The notes under the pieces were generated by a model that did not search any database, was not told where the DNA came from, and was given only the letters and a program-made list of their open reading frames with translations. The position numbers and the translations under genes are program-made. Below, piece by piece: positions 1 through 8,291 of a DNA stretch of 45,879 nt. How positions within the stretch are numbered: the stretch's first letter is position 1; each line of letters starts with the position of its first letter. The DNA is from a virus (lineage: Duplodnaviria; Heunggongvirae; Uroviricota; Caudoviricetes), in the IMG/VR virus record IMGVR_UViG_3300001687_000020; one strand, 5' to 3'.

Positions 1-500
1 TTTCTGCTACAGCACCACCAATTTCTTTTCCTTTTGCTCCAGCAGCACTAAGTTTTTCTCCAGCGGTTTTCTTATACCAAGGCATTTTTTGAGATATTCT
101 AGTTTCAACTTTTTCTGCCCCTCTTTTAACCGCTCTAACCCCCGCTCCTACTTTTTCTTTAGTATATTCGGGGATATCCTTAACTATCTTACTTCCATAG
201 ATTCTTTCACTAATTAAGTCATTCTCTAACATAAATTGAGCAACTGCGGGTTGAGATGACATATTCCAAAAACTAAGAGGAGCCATTTCATTCAACACAA
301 CTCCCATTCCATCAAATAATTCCTTATTTTCTTCAAGAAAATTATTAACATTGAAGAATTTCGTAATCAGTTGCTTCGTTGAGTAAGAAATCTGAAGTTT
401 CCGTTTTCTCTTTCTGAGTAATACTTTCATCCATCATGACCATTTCAGAAAGAGTCTTTCTTGCTATAGCCATAAATTGATAAGATTCTTGTAGTGTCAT
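1..500 (-). pseudogene. Frame-disrupted paralogue of the 529-1617 protein (runs off window start)
   Basis: RBS GGAGG then ATG at 500 gives MTLQESYQFMAIARKTLSEM...NEATDYEILQC* (stop 345-347); the +1 frame continues open to position 1 (FNVNNFLEE...APLSFWNMSSQPAVAQFMLENDL). Both parts align to 529-1617 (ARKTLAE, EATDFEVI, PLCEFNLSSQPGVMKFVFENNL). Confidence 0.7.
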
Positions 501-528
501 TTTTGTGACTCCTCCTAGTATTAAATAA

Positions 529-1617
529 TTATCCTATCTTTGACATCTTATTTTGAATATCAGCAATCTTTTTCCTAACCTTAGTTGAACATTTATCAGG
601 ATTTTTAGAATATTTACACATCCCTAATCCTGCTTTAAGGTTATTCAATTGTTGTCTATATGCGTTAAGTTTATATCGTCTAATGCAATCTGATTTCTCA
701 GATCCTGATAAACCTCTACATGCCATTTCTGCTTGCTTAAATGCTCTTAAATATGCTTTTCTAGCAACATAAGCCAATAAAACTACTAATAATGCACCTG
801 CAGCAACTTGGGTATAAGGATTAGTTAATGCTTTAATCAATAATGGTCTTAAAATATTCCATCCTTGTTTAGCACCTGTCCAAAGTCCCTTAACCATACC
901 TTTTACTATAGTACCACCTTTTTGGAATACTTTTCCAAATTTCTCAGCAGCATACTGAGTTCCTGCCATTTGAACACCACCACTTACTATATTCCCGCCC
1001 ATAGTAGTGACACTTTTTCTAGCTGACTGAAGTTCACTCTGACTGGAATCAACCTGGTTTTCTGCCTGGTCAACTTGGGCCTGAGCTTTCTCGATATTAG
1101 TTCCAGATTTCGTAGCATCTACGAGATTTTCTTTCGCTTTAGCCTTATTCAATTTAGCTTGAACATAGTTAACTTTTTTCTCAGCTAAATCAACTTTTTC
1201 TCTAGTTGTCCCAGGTTTAGACCTTTCGTCAGTTAATTCTCTCTTAGCCTTATCTAATTCAAGTTTTAATTTAGTCTCAGAATCAGTTTGCTCTAAGACT
1301 AAGTTATTTTCAAAAACAAATTTCATAACTCCGGGTTGAGATGATAAGTTAAATTCACATAGAGGTACAAAATTGAAAATAGATCCTATCTTTCTTAAAC
1401 TATCTAAATAAAATGACTCCATAATGTAATCATTCTTTTTCTCAGGTAATTTTCCTTCAAATAATAAATGGATTACTTCGAAGTCAGTTGCTTCGCTCAT
1501 TATGAATTTCTTAAAAATGAATCGTTCTTCTTTCGTAGGTAAATCATTGAAAAACTCCGCTAAAGTCTTTCTAGCGGTGTCTAAAAAAAGATAGGTATCG
1601 AGAATTCTTTTATCCAT
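529..1617 (-). CDS. Hypothetical late protein (EATD-motif N-domain, coiled coil, hydrophobic segment, Cys-rich C-terminus)
   Basis: 362-aa ORF directly downstream of tail tube; heptad-rich middle, VAAGALLVVLLAYVA segment, C-terminal CRG..C..C...C motif. Confidence 0.8.
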   Translation of the reverse strand: MDKRILDTYLFLDTARKTLAEFFNDLPTKEERFIFKKFIMSEATDFEVIHLLFEGKLPEKKNDYIMESFYLDSLRKIGSIFNFVPLCEFNLSSQPGVMKFVFENNLVLEQTDSETKLKLELDKAKRELTDERSKPGTTREKVDLAEKKVNYVQAKLNKAKAKENLVDATKSGTNIEKAQAQVDQAENQVDSSQSELQSARKSVTTMGGNIVSGGVQMAGTQYAAEKFGKVFQKGGTIVKGMVKGLWTGAKQGWNILRPLLIKALTNPYTQVAAGALLVVLLAYVARKAYLRAFKQAEMACRGLSGSEKSDCIRRYKLNAYRQQLNNLKAGLGMCKYSKNPDKCSTKVRKKIADIQNKMSKIG

Positions 1618-1623
1618 TATTCC

Positions 1624-2352
1624 TTAACCATGAGATCCATAACGATTTTCGATCTGACCTCTAATTTCATTGACTCTAGTTGATAATTCCTGACACTTAG
1701 TATAAACCCAATTCTCTGACCAAATGTAGTCAATATGAAATTCGATTTCTACATCTAATCGTCCAATTGTCTCCAGATCACTTGAGAATAAGTCTGCTGG
1801 GTCTTTAGTTGGATAAACACCATCATAACACGCAGCATACTCAACCGTTTGTGCATCTGGGGCGGTTGTCCAATAATAAAGTTCACTTGCGTATTTACCT
1901 TTAGAATAACCAGATTGATCGGTATCAGGCAATCGAGTTGCTCCAAACCGATAGTCTCTGATAATCTTAAACCAATTATGCATTACATGATAAATTGGAA
2001 GACCTTGAAGTTCCATAAATTTTAGAGTTACTGTAGTCCCGTAATCGATATTTCCAGGAACACCCCATTTAATCCCACCAAGACCCGGGAATTCTACTGT
2101 ATTCAATGTTCCCCCTGGAGGAGTCACCCCAGTACAACACCCTTGGAGAAGTAAAGGAATATTTGGAGCATCCAAACTGATAACTCCGTCTCCAGCAATA
2201 TTTTTTGCTATCTCAGTGAAAATACTTGTCGGAGTAAAGGCTACAAAGAAATATCCAGTTAAATAAGGATCAGCAACACCTACATTTGTACCTCCAAAGT
2301 TCCTAGAAAAGCGATTGACTATTGCTGAATTAAAAGCGTTAGAACTTGGCAT
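1624..2352 (-). CDS. Tail tube protein (T4 gp19-like)
   Basis: 242 aa; PGG-TL/PG-IDY-TTVTLKF-E and YDGVYPT..P...F..D....L-V-F motifs typical of myovirus tube proteins; close downstream of sheath gene; RBS AAGGAGG. Confidence 0.8.
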   Translation of the reverse strand: MPSSNAFNSAIVNRFSRNFGGTNVGVADPYLTGYFFVAFTPTSIFTEIAKNIAGDGVISLDAPNIPLLLQGCCTGVTPPGGTLNTVEFPGLGGIKWGVPGNIDYGTTVTLKFMELQGLPIYHVMHNWFKIIRDYRFGATRLPDTDQSGYSKGKYASELYYWTTAPDAQTVEYAACYDGVYPTKDPADLFSSDLETIGRLDVEIEFHIDYIWSENWVYTKCQELSTRVNEIRGQIENRYGSHG

Positions 2353-2394
2353 GCTAATATACCTCCTTAATTATGTGATATATAAATATCTCAC

Positions 2395-2407
2395 TATTTA
2401 TTTGTTC
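2395..2407 (-). promoter_or_regulatory. Putative late promoter GAACA-AATAAA-TA for tail tube gene
   Basis: Plus strand tatttatttgttc; one of six such intergenic motifs upstream of minus-strand RBSs. Confidence 0.75.
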
Positions 2408-2418
2408 AATATTTCTAA

Positions 2419-2658
2419 TTATTCTATTTCTCTACCATTAGGTAGCATAGTAGGAGAAACTTTTTCACCACGATCTGACATTTGTTTTCTTCTACATAAA
2501 TCCCATCTCTTTTTACAATAAGCTTCTTGAATACTATGTCTTGCTTCTGGACTAGGGATATTTTCAAATAAGGGACATTTAGGAAGATTTTGGCATGGTC
2601 CCATTGGTTCTTTGGACACAGAGTCAACTGGAAAAATAGACTCCTTAGTTCTATTCAT
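2419..2658 (-). CDS. Small Cys-rich hypothetical protein (C-x5-CP...YC-x5-C)
   Basis: 79 aa; CQNLPKCPLF...AYCKKRWDLCRRK...PTMLPNG; overlaps upstream ORF by 8 nt. Confidence 0.75.
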   Translation of the reverse strand: MNRTKESIFPVDSVSKEPMGPCQNLPKCPLFENIPSPEARHSIQEAYCKKRWDLCRRKQMSDRGEKVSPTMLPNGREIE

Positions 2659-2872
2659 TTAAATGTCCCCAAGTTTCATAGTTTTCTATTTGCTCATGGA
2701 TAAGAGTAGGTTTAGATTTTTCTTGAAAATTAGAACATGCCTTTTGGTTATACGAAACCGGACTATAAATCGGTGTTCCTGCTTCATTGATGGTTGGAGG
2801 ATTTTTTCTACAACAATTATCCCAAAATACACATTCTCCACAAACTTTATCCATAAAATTTCGTTCGTACAT
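2651..2872 (-). CDS. Small putative Zn-binding phage protein (CxxC...CRxxPP...C)
   Basis: 73 aa; CGECVFW..CCRKNPP...ACSNF; RBS AAGGA upstream. Confidence 0.75.
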   Translation of the reverse strand: MYERNFMDKVCGECVFWDNCCRKNPPTINEAGTPIYSPVSYNQKACSNFQEKSKPTLIHEQIENYETWGHLNE

Positions 2873-2896
2873 AAAAATTCCTTCTTTCTTAAGAGG

Positions 2897-2950
2897 CCTT
2901 TCCCTTTCCCCCTCAAGAAACAGATTAAAGAGAGAGGGAAAGGGAAAAGG
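2897..2950 (-). other. Strong RNA hairpin immediately 3' of the sheath gene
   Basis: CCTTTCCCTTTCCCCCTC / GAGAGAGGGAAAGGGAAAAGG inverted repeat, about 18 bp; G-U wobble valid on the minus strand; no U-tail. Confidence 0.7.
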
Positions 2951-2962
2951 TTGGTGAACAAT

Positions 2963-4906
2963 TTATAAAATAAAGAAATTCAAATTAATCTTTTCAACTA
3001 ATTTCATTGGTTGAAGCTCAATATTGACATGGAACTGTTTGGTTTTAAGTTCATAGTCGGTTGCCCCAACTTCAACACCATAAGAATACAAACCTCTTCT
3101 TCGCTTAATGTCTTCTAAGAATAAAGTAATGTCTGAAGCAACTCTATCCCAAGTTTCAGCATCGTTTAACTCAAAAATAAAATATCTACAATATTGTTCC
3201 AATGCCTTTTTAACATAAAGGATCATTCTAACAACATTAAGGTCTTGTAAACTACTTGGTTTGGACTGGGAAGTTAGTTGACCCCAGAATACATAACCCT
3301 GAGCGAACTTAACAATTGGGTTAAGTTGCTTCAAATACATATCATCTCGGTCACTTAGAGTTGGGTTATATCGAAGTTCTTTAATTCCATCCAAAGTTCC
3401 TCCGGGGAATCCTACAAAACCTGCCCATACTTCTCTCACTGAATCATTTCTTGGTAATAAATAAGAAGCATGCCAAGTCGGACTAACCCACATATCCTGA
3501 CCTGTGAAGTTATCATAAACCTTATTAAAGTTGCAAAAGAGTGACATATAATAATTATTATATGTATGAGAATTTGTCCTATCCGTTAATTCGTTTGCAA
3601 CCGTGGAGTTATCACTATTATCAATTATTCCTATACAATCCCTTCTTGTGGTACATAGGGTATTAATAGCGGTTTTAACATCGGTGGGATATCCTGCGTC
3701 CCACACAACATTAAAGTAATAACTTTCAGTGTCTAAAACTGACTCTTCGGTGACTGAAGTCATAGGATTTGTCAATAACCCAGTGTATGCTTGAGCAAGA
3801 ATTTGGGTAGCAACTGTGGTATTTAAATTTCCTCCCACTACAAGAGTTCCAACTGAACCCTTAGAAAGTGGAGTTGCATCAGATAACGCAGTTGCCATAT
3901 TGACATAAGATTTTCTAACTTGATAAGTGATTTCCCCGCCTGAGTCAAAATTAGTAGTACTACCAATCCAACTTTGAGTTGCTCCAGTCAAGTTTTTGGA
4001 ACTAAAAACATTAATAGTTCCATTCGTCACACCGGAAGATGCTCCCAACCAACCCCAAAGTTCATTTCCTCGCTGATCCTTTGCTATTACTACATAATTA
4101 GCAGTTCCTGTCTCGGGGTTTGTTTGCCATTGACTAAAATCCTGCTTATTATCACTGATGGTGGCAGAGCCGGCTGTTTCGATTACATCAATATCACCTT
4201 GATTTTTGTCGTAAACTCGGGTACATAAATTGTAGCCAGCAGTTCCCTGCTCTGCTCGTAAAACTGAGGAATAGTTTTCTAAAATCTCATTAATGTAAAT
4301 TGAAGCACCGGCTAAGTCAACTGCAGTTGGGTCAAATGAGATTTCAAAACTTTCAATAATTTGGTCAGTCTCATCAGATTGTCTTTCATAAATATCCAAA
4401 ATGTAAACACCATAATACATTGGATTAGATTGCTGAGTCAACTTAACACTTATTCCATTATAATAATCCCCTCGACCAATAGGATATAAACAACAAATAG
4501 GATAAGTAGTTCCATCTTGAGCCATATTAGTTTCAAGAACTGAAAGACTTGTAGCAGAGGAAATATAACTAAAACTTAAAGTTGTAGTACTATCGCTTTC
4601 ATTCGCGTCAATCCTAATATTGGAATAAGTGGCGTTTGAGGGTAATGCTCTACAACAATAAAGTGATCCTGATTCACCCAAAAAGTTATAAGCAATATAT
4701 GGACCAAGACCATAGTTTTTGGTATAATCAGTTATATCTGGCTCGCCAAACTCAGAAATATAATCCGACCTAGAACTTTTCTTTACTAATTGGTTATCCC
4801 TACCTTTTACACTAAGGAATGAGATAAGTCCCGTAGTTGCCGGAACTGCCTGGACATATGTACTTAGGTCAATAATCTTAGTATATACTCCCGGACTTAT
4901 AGCCAT
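2963..4906 (-). CDS. Tail sheath protein
   Basis: 647 aa; N-terminal SPGVYTKIIDLS and C-terminal sheath domain (RRDCIGIID, LNPIVKF, WGQLT, LQDLNVVRM, FELND, IELQPMKLVEKINLNF). Confidence 0.95.
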   Translation of the reverse strand: MAISPGVYTKIIDLSTYVQAVPATTGLISFLSVKGRDNQLVKKSSRSDYISEFGEPDITDYTKNYGLGPYIAYNFLGESGSLYCCRALPSNATYSNIRIDANESDSTTTLSFSYISSATSLSVLETNMAQDGTTYPICCLYPIGRGDYYNGISVKLTQQSNPMYYGVYILDIYERQSDETDQIIESFEISFDPTAVDLAGASIYINEILENYSSVLRAEQGTAGYNLCTRVYDKNQGDIDVIETAGSATISDNKQDFSQWQTNPETGTANYVVIAKDQRGNELWGWLGASSGVTNGTINVFSSKNLTGATQSWIGSTTNFDSGGEITYQVRKSYVNMATALSDATPLSKGSVGTLVVGGNLNTTVATQILAQAYTGLLTNPMTSVTEESVLDTESYYFNVVWDAGYPTDVKTAINTLCTTRRDCIGIIDNSDNSTVANELTDRTNSHTYNNYYMSLFCNFNKVYDNFTGQDMWVSPTWHASYLLPRNDSVREVWAGFVGFPGGTLDGIKELRYNPTLSDRDDMYLKQLNPIVKFAQGYVFWGQLTSQSKPSSLQDLNVVRMILYVKKALEQYCRYFIFELNDAETWDRVASDITLFLEDIKRRRGLYSYGVEVGATDYELKTKQFHVNIELQPMKLVEKINLNFFIL

Positions 4907-5024
4907 ATCAAATTACCTCCAATTATCTAAATATCATGTCATTTCTCTAACTTTTTTCATGGTTCCAGTGTCCTTTTTCGAAACTTATCTATAACCTTTT
5001 AGTGTAAACTTTATCTATTTTTCT

Positions 5025-5537
5025 CTATTTCTTTTTCCTTCTTTTAAGAATACCCCTAAGTTTATAGAAAATATAAATCATTAATGCCATAATAGTCCAT
5101 TTTCTAATAGGCATAGGAGTATCTTCGGACTCTTTAACAAATAACTTGAGATATCCAAAGTCATCTTCATCAGGATTATAATGAAAGACGAAATCTTTTA
5201 TCATCTTTTTATACTTATCTTTTCCATACAATGAGATAGCTAAAGAGATAAATCCTGATTCGTTTCCTGTTAAGTCAGTGGAATTTTCAATTACTGTTTT
5301 CGTCTTATCATAAATCTTTAGAAGGTTAGCTTTATCAATACTTCGGTTTTGGGAAAATAAGATTTTCATTAATTCGGATGGGTCTTTATATTTGGTAAGT
5401 TCTTTTTCGTATTTCAATAATTCAGTGGGTTTAGTAATTACTTTTTCTATAAAAGATTTAGGATCTCTAACTAAAGGTCCTATTTCTTCATGGATAATAG
5501 TTCTAATTTCTTCTAAGCACTCTTGAAATATATCCAT
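5025..5537 (-). CDS. Hypothetical protein with C-terminal hydrophobic helix
   Basis: 170-aa ORF in operon orientation; ends WTIMALMIYIFYKLRGILKRRKKK. Confidence 0.7.
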   Translation of the reverse strand: MDIFQECLEEIRTIIHEEIGPLVRDPKSFIEKVITKPTELLKYEKELTKYKDPSELMKILFSQNRSIDKANLLKIYDKTKTVIENSTDLTGNESGFISLAISLYGKDKYKKMIKDFVFHYNPDEDDFGYLKLFVKESEDTPMPIRKWTIMALMIYIFYKLRGILKRRKKK

Positions 5538-5566
5538 GTATTTAAAATCCTTTTAATTATAATAAC

Positions 5567-6265
5567 TTACACGTAAATATACCATGTAAACACGAGACTT
5601 CTCAAAGAAGTCTTTTCAATGGTTGAAAAAGTTACTCTAGCAAACAAAGTGAAAATCCCACTTGCTCCACCCGCAGAACTAGCATTTATAAATAACCCCG
5701 CTTCATTCACATCATTATTTCCTGGGAAATTACATTCATCGTTTGCTATTGTGGTAGTTACCTTGATTATAAGATACCTATTATTGTTACTTGGATCTTG
5801 TTGATAAGTAACTGAGTCAAAAGCATGTTTAAACCAATAATCTGTTCCTCCCTTATTATGCCAATCAGCATAGATAGTTGAAGTTGAATCAGTTGAAATA
5901 GGAATTTCATCTGCTAACTTAGTATTACTATTTGAGGGTGGAGCAGGAGTTAATGGATCAACTGGACATCCTCCCTGACCTAGTCCGAACCAATAAATTG
6001 CTTCGTTGGCCGCCGAAGTTGTGTCTACATTATTAATATTAAAAATTCTTTCAGCAACCCACTCTCGACCTGCGTAAACTACTAAGTTATTAGTTTGCTC
6101 TACTAAAGTTTTATTCCCTTCGCTATCTACTGAGTGAATTTGGACCATATTTTGAGGTTTCTTAGATGGACCATTGGGAGTCCTAAAACTGCCAACTGAA
6201 TCACCTATACATTTACTGTAGTAATCGTTGACAGTTATTCTTATTTCTTCAACTTTATGTTCCAT
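5567..6265 (-). CDS. Baseplate/tail-collar-fibre-like protein
   Basis: 232 aa; NLVVYAGRE, FGLGQGG, NEAGLF, LFARVTFSTIEKT..LVFTWYI pattern of collar-fibre (DUF3751-like) N-terminal domains. Confidence 0.7.
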   Translation of the reverse strand: MEHKVEEIRITVNDYYSKCIGDSVGSFRTPNGPSKKPQNMVQIHSVDSEGNKTLVEQTNNLVVYAGREWVAERIFNINNVDTTSAANEAIYWFGLGQGGCPVDPLTPAPPSNSNTKLADEIPISTDSTSTIYADWHNKGGTDYWFKHAFDSVTYQQDPSNNNRYLIIKVTTTIANDECNFPGNNDVNEAGLFINASSAGGASGIFTLFARVTFSTIEKTSLRSLVFTWYIYV

Positions 6266-6282
6266 TCTCTATCTCCTTTGTA

Positions 6283-6558
6283 TTACTCAGTAAATATAAT
6301 ATAGTCATTCTGAGCGCATCCAGCAGCGGTGCATTTTAGAATTATAACGTCTGCGTCCATCTCTACGGCAGTTAAATCTATTTTATACCACCCATGACTA
6401 ATTTCGGTTGCTGGAGTATTAACACAATTAACAAATGCCCCACCATCTTGTGAAATTTGAACCGTTGCTACAACTCCAGTTTCTGGAGTATTGAAATCTG
6501 TAGCATCTACCATTTTTATAGGGAAATTACTAAATGCTACATTCTTTGTAAAAGGCAT
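6283..6558 (-). CDS. Small beta-sandwich protein (EIxxGWY...GCAQND family)
   Basis: 91 aa; QISQDGGAF, EISHGWYKIDL, GCAQNDY; paralogous to 7022-7363 and the C-terminus of 7381-8253; RBS GAGGAGG. Confidence 0.8.
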   Translation of the reverse strand: MPFTKNVAFSNFPIKMVDATDFNTPETGVVATVQISQDGGAFVNCVNTPATEISHGWYKIDLTAVEMDADVIILKCTAAGCAQNDYIIFTE

Positions 6559-6583
6559 CTTTAAACCTCCTCATTTTATAGTC

Positions 6584-6596
6584 CAATAATTTGTTC
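6584..6596 (-). promoter_or_regulatory. Putative late promoter GAACA-AATTAT-TG
   Basis: Plus strand caataatttgttc, upstream of the RBS of 6283-6558. Confidence 0.7.
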
Positions 6597-6607
6597 AGAT
6601 TTAAAAA

Positions 6608-7011
6608 AGGTAGATATTAGATAGGATTTTTACTAACTAACAAATAGTTTCCATGGTCGATCCTTGATCATTACATAAGAATGCCCGAGTGTTAGTAAGA
6701 ACTATATATTCTTCACCATTTGAAAGTTTACACCCAATCCTTACCACTGGGACAAAACATTCGTTTTCAACACCCTTAACTTTCTCTACCTCTTCATCAA
6801 TTACTATTAAATTAGCTTCATCTGACTCAGAAAAAGTTCCATCCTCTAACTTATAAGTACCATCTTTCACATTATAAAGAGTATCTCCAGTAACTAGCCT
6901 TTCTATATTATCAATAAACCACCAATCTCTAAACTGATTAATACCTTTGATTTTTAGTAACATGTGTTTTCTACCTTCCTTCCTATCTACCTAGCTATCT
7001 AATATCTACCT
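6608..7011. repeat. Perfect 17-bp inverted repeat (6608-6624 / 6995-7011) flanking the 6637-6963 gene
   Basis: aggtagatattagatag vs ctatctaatatctacct; on the minus strand the downstream arm ends in T6 (6603-6608). Confidence 0.95.
6637..6963 (-). CDS. Accessory hypothetical protein (FLCNDQGSTME C-terminal motif)
   Basis: 108 aa; C-terminal AFLCNDQGSTMETI resembles the YLxNDxGKTIE motif of small non-structural phage proteins. Confidence 0.8.
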   Translation of the reverse strand: MLLKIKGINQFRDWWFIDNIERLVTGDTLYNVKDGTYKLEDGTFSESDEANLIVIDEEVEKVKGVENECFVPVVRIGCKLSNGEEYIVLTNTRAFLCNDQGSTMETIC

Positions 7012-7021
7012 CACATATATT

Positions 7022-7363
7022 TTAGGGTGCTCGTAACTGAGCATCTATAAAAACATAGTCATTCTGAGCACATCCAGAAGCAGTAAATTTAAGTATTAAA
7101 ACACTATTAATAAGATCATCTATAGCGATTAAAATTTTATACCAACCATTTCCGATTTCTCTAACCCTAGATTCAGGAACTTGGAAAGCACTTCCGTTTT
7201 TCGATATTTGACAAGAAACACTCTTTCCTGGAGCGGGAGAGGATATATCAGTACTTAAAACCATTTTAAATACTATTTCAACTTTTGGAGTTTCTGTTCC
7301 TATGGGAATTCTATCTCTTTCCCTTTTCCTCCAATTAATCATTTTTGTGCCAATTATAGCCAA
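7022..7363 (-). CDS. Small beta-sandwich protein (EIxxGWY...GCAQND family)
   Basis: 113 aa; QISKNGSAF, EIGNGWYKIL, GCAQNDY. Confidence 0.75.
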   Translation of the reverse strand: MAIIGTKMINWRKRERDRIPIGTETPKVEIVFKMVLSTDISSPAPGKSVSCQISKNGSAFQVPESRVREIGNGWYKILIAIDDLINSVLILKFTASGCAQNDYVFIDAQLRAP

Positions 7364-7380
7364 TGTAATATCCCTCCCCT

Positions 7381-8253
7381 TTATGCTCGGAGATATCCGT
7401 CAATATATACAAAGTCACATTGTAGACATCCAGTAGAGTCAAACGAAATAATAATTGTGTGATTCTCAAATACCGCTGGAGGTAATAAAGTAGAATACCA
7501 ACCTTGACCAATTTCACTACTAGTAATTGGTTGGTATACAAATGGTCCTCCATCTGTGGAGATTAAACAAGTAGCATCCACTCCCAACATTGGGCTTGAA
7601 TAATCGTAGGAAGAAACCATCTTATACATTACTCTAATGTCAAGTATTTCAGTAAGGTCAACTCTACATAAATCGCATCCAAAAGGTGCATCAAAAAGCC
7701 ATGGATCTATAATCCCAGTAGTAGAGTCGATTACTGGACCATCGAAATTAGTGAATCCTCCAGATTGCCATTCCCATCCATCAATAGAAACCTTTTGAGA
7801 TGAACTTTCAACTGTTTCGTCTCCCCCCGGATGTTCATTATAATAATCGTCAATATTTACAGCAAACCCAATATCAATCCAATTAGTATTATCATGGACA
7901 TCTAAATAGTCATGAGCTTCTTCATACCAAGTAGATAATATAAAATAATCATCATATCGAATAGAATCTTGTAATGGATTATTTTGATCTATTGTATTGT
8001 CAAAAGAATATATTCTTACTCTCTTTGGTTTCCACCAATTAAGAACATCTTCAGGAATATTTGCTTCAAACACTAATCCAATTAGAGGATAAGTTGAGGG
8101 ATCTATATTCAACATATATTGGTATAAGTCTTTGAAGAAGTGCTTAAGTAGAGTTTTCTCAGTCCCAAGTTGAAAAGCATGATCAATCTCTGCTTTTAAC
8201 TCAGGATTTAATATCTCTAATACATGACCCGCACTTGTAGTATCAAGTAACAT
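7381..8253 (-). CDS. Structural hypothetical protein with C-terminal EIxxGWY domain
   Basis: 290 aa; C-terminal LISTDGGPF, EIGQGWYSTL, GCLQCDF paralogous to the two flanking genes. Confidence 0.75.
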   Translation of the reverse strand: MLLDTTSAGHVLEILNPELKAEIDHAFQLGTEKTLLKHFFKDLYQYMLNIDPSTYPLIGLVFEANIPEDVLNWWKPKRVRIYSFDNTIDQNNPLQDSIRYDDYFILSTWYEEAHDYLDVHDNTNWIDIGFAVNIDDYYNEHPGGDETVESSSQKVSIDGWEWQSGGFTNFDGPVIDSTTGIIDPWLFDAPFGCDLCRVDLTEILDIRVMYKMVSSYDYSSPMLGVDATCLISTDGGPFVYQPITSSEIGQGWYSTLLPPAVFENHTIIISFDSTGCLQCDFVYIDGYLRA

Positions 8254-8291
8254 ATTTCTTTTTCCTATCTCTAATTGACTTTATCATCCTT

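Noticed and set aside
2381-2388. T4-type late promoter TATAAATA
   Set aside because: It lies on the plus strand, opposite to the tube gene, inside a small AT palindrome; the GAACA motif explains the locus better.
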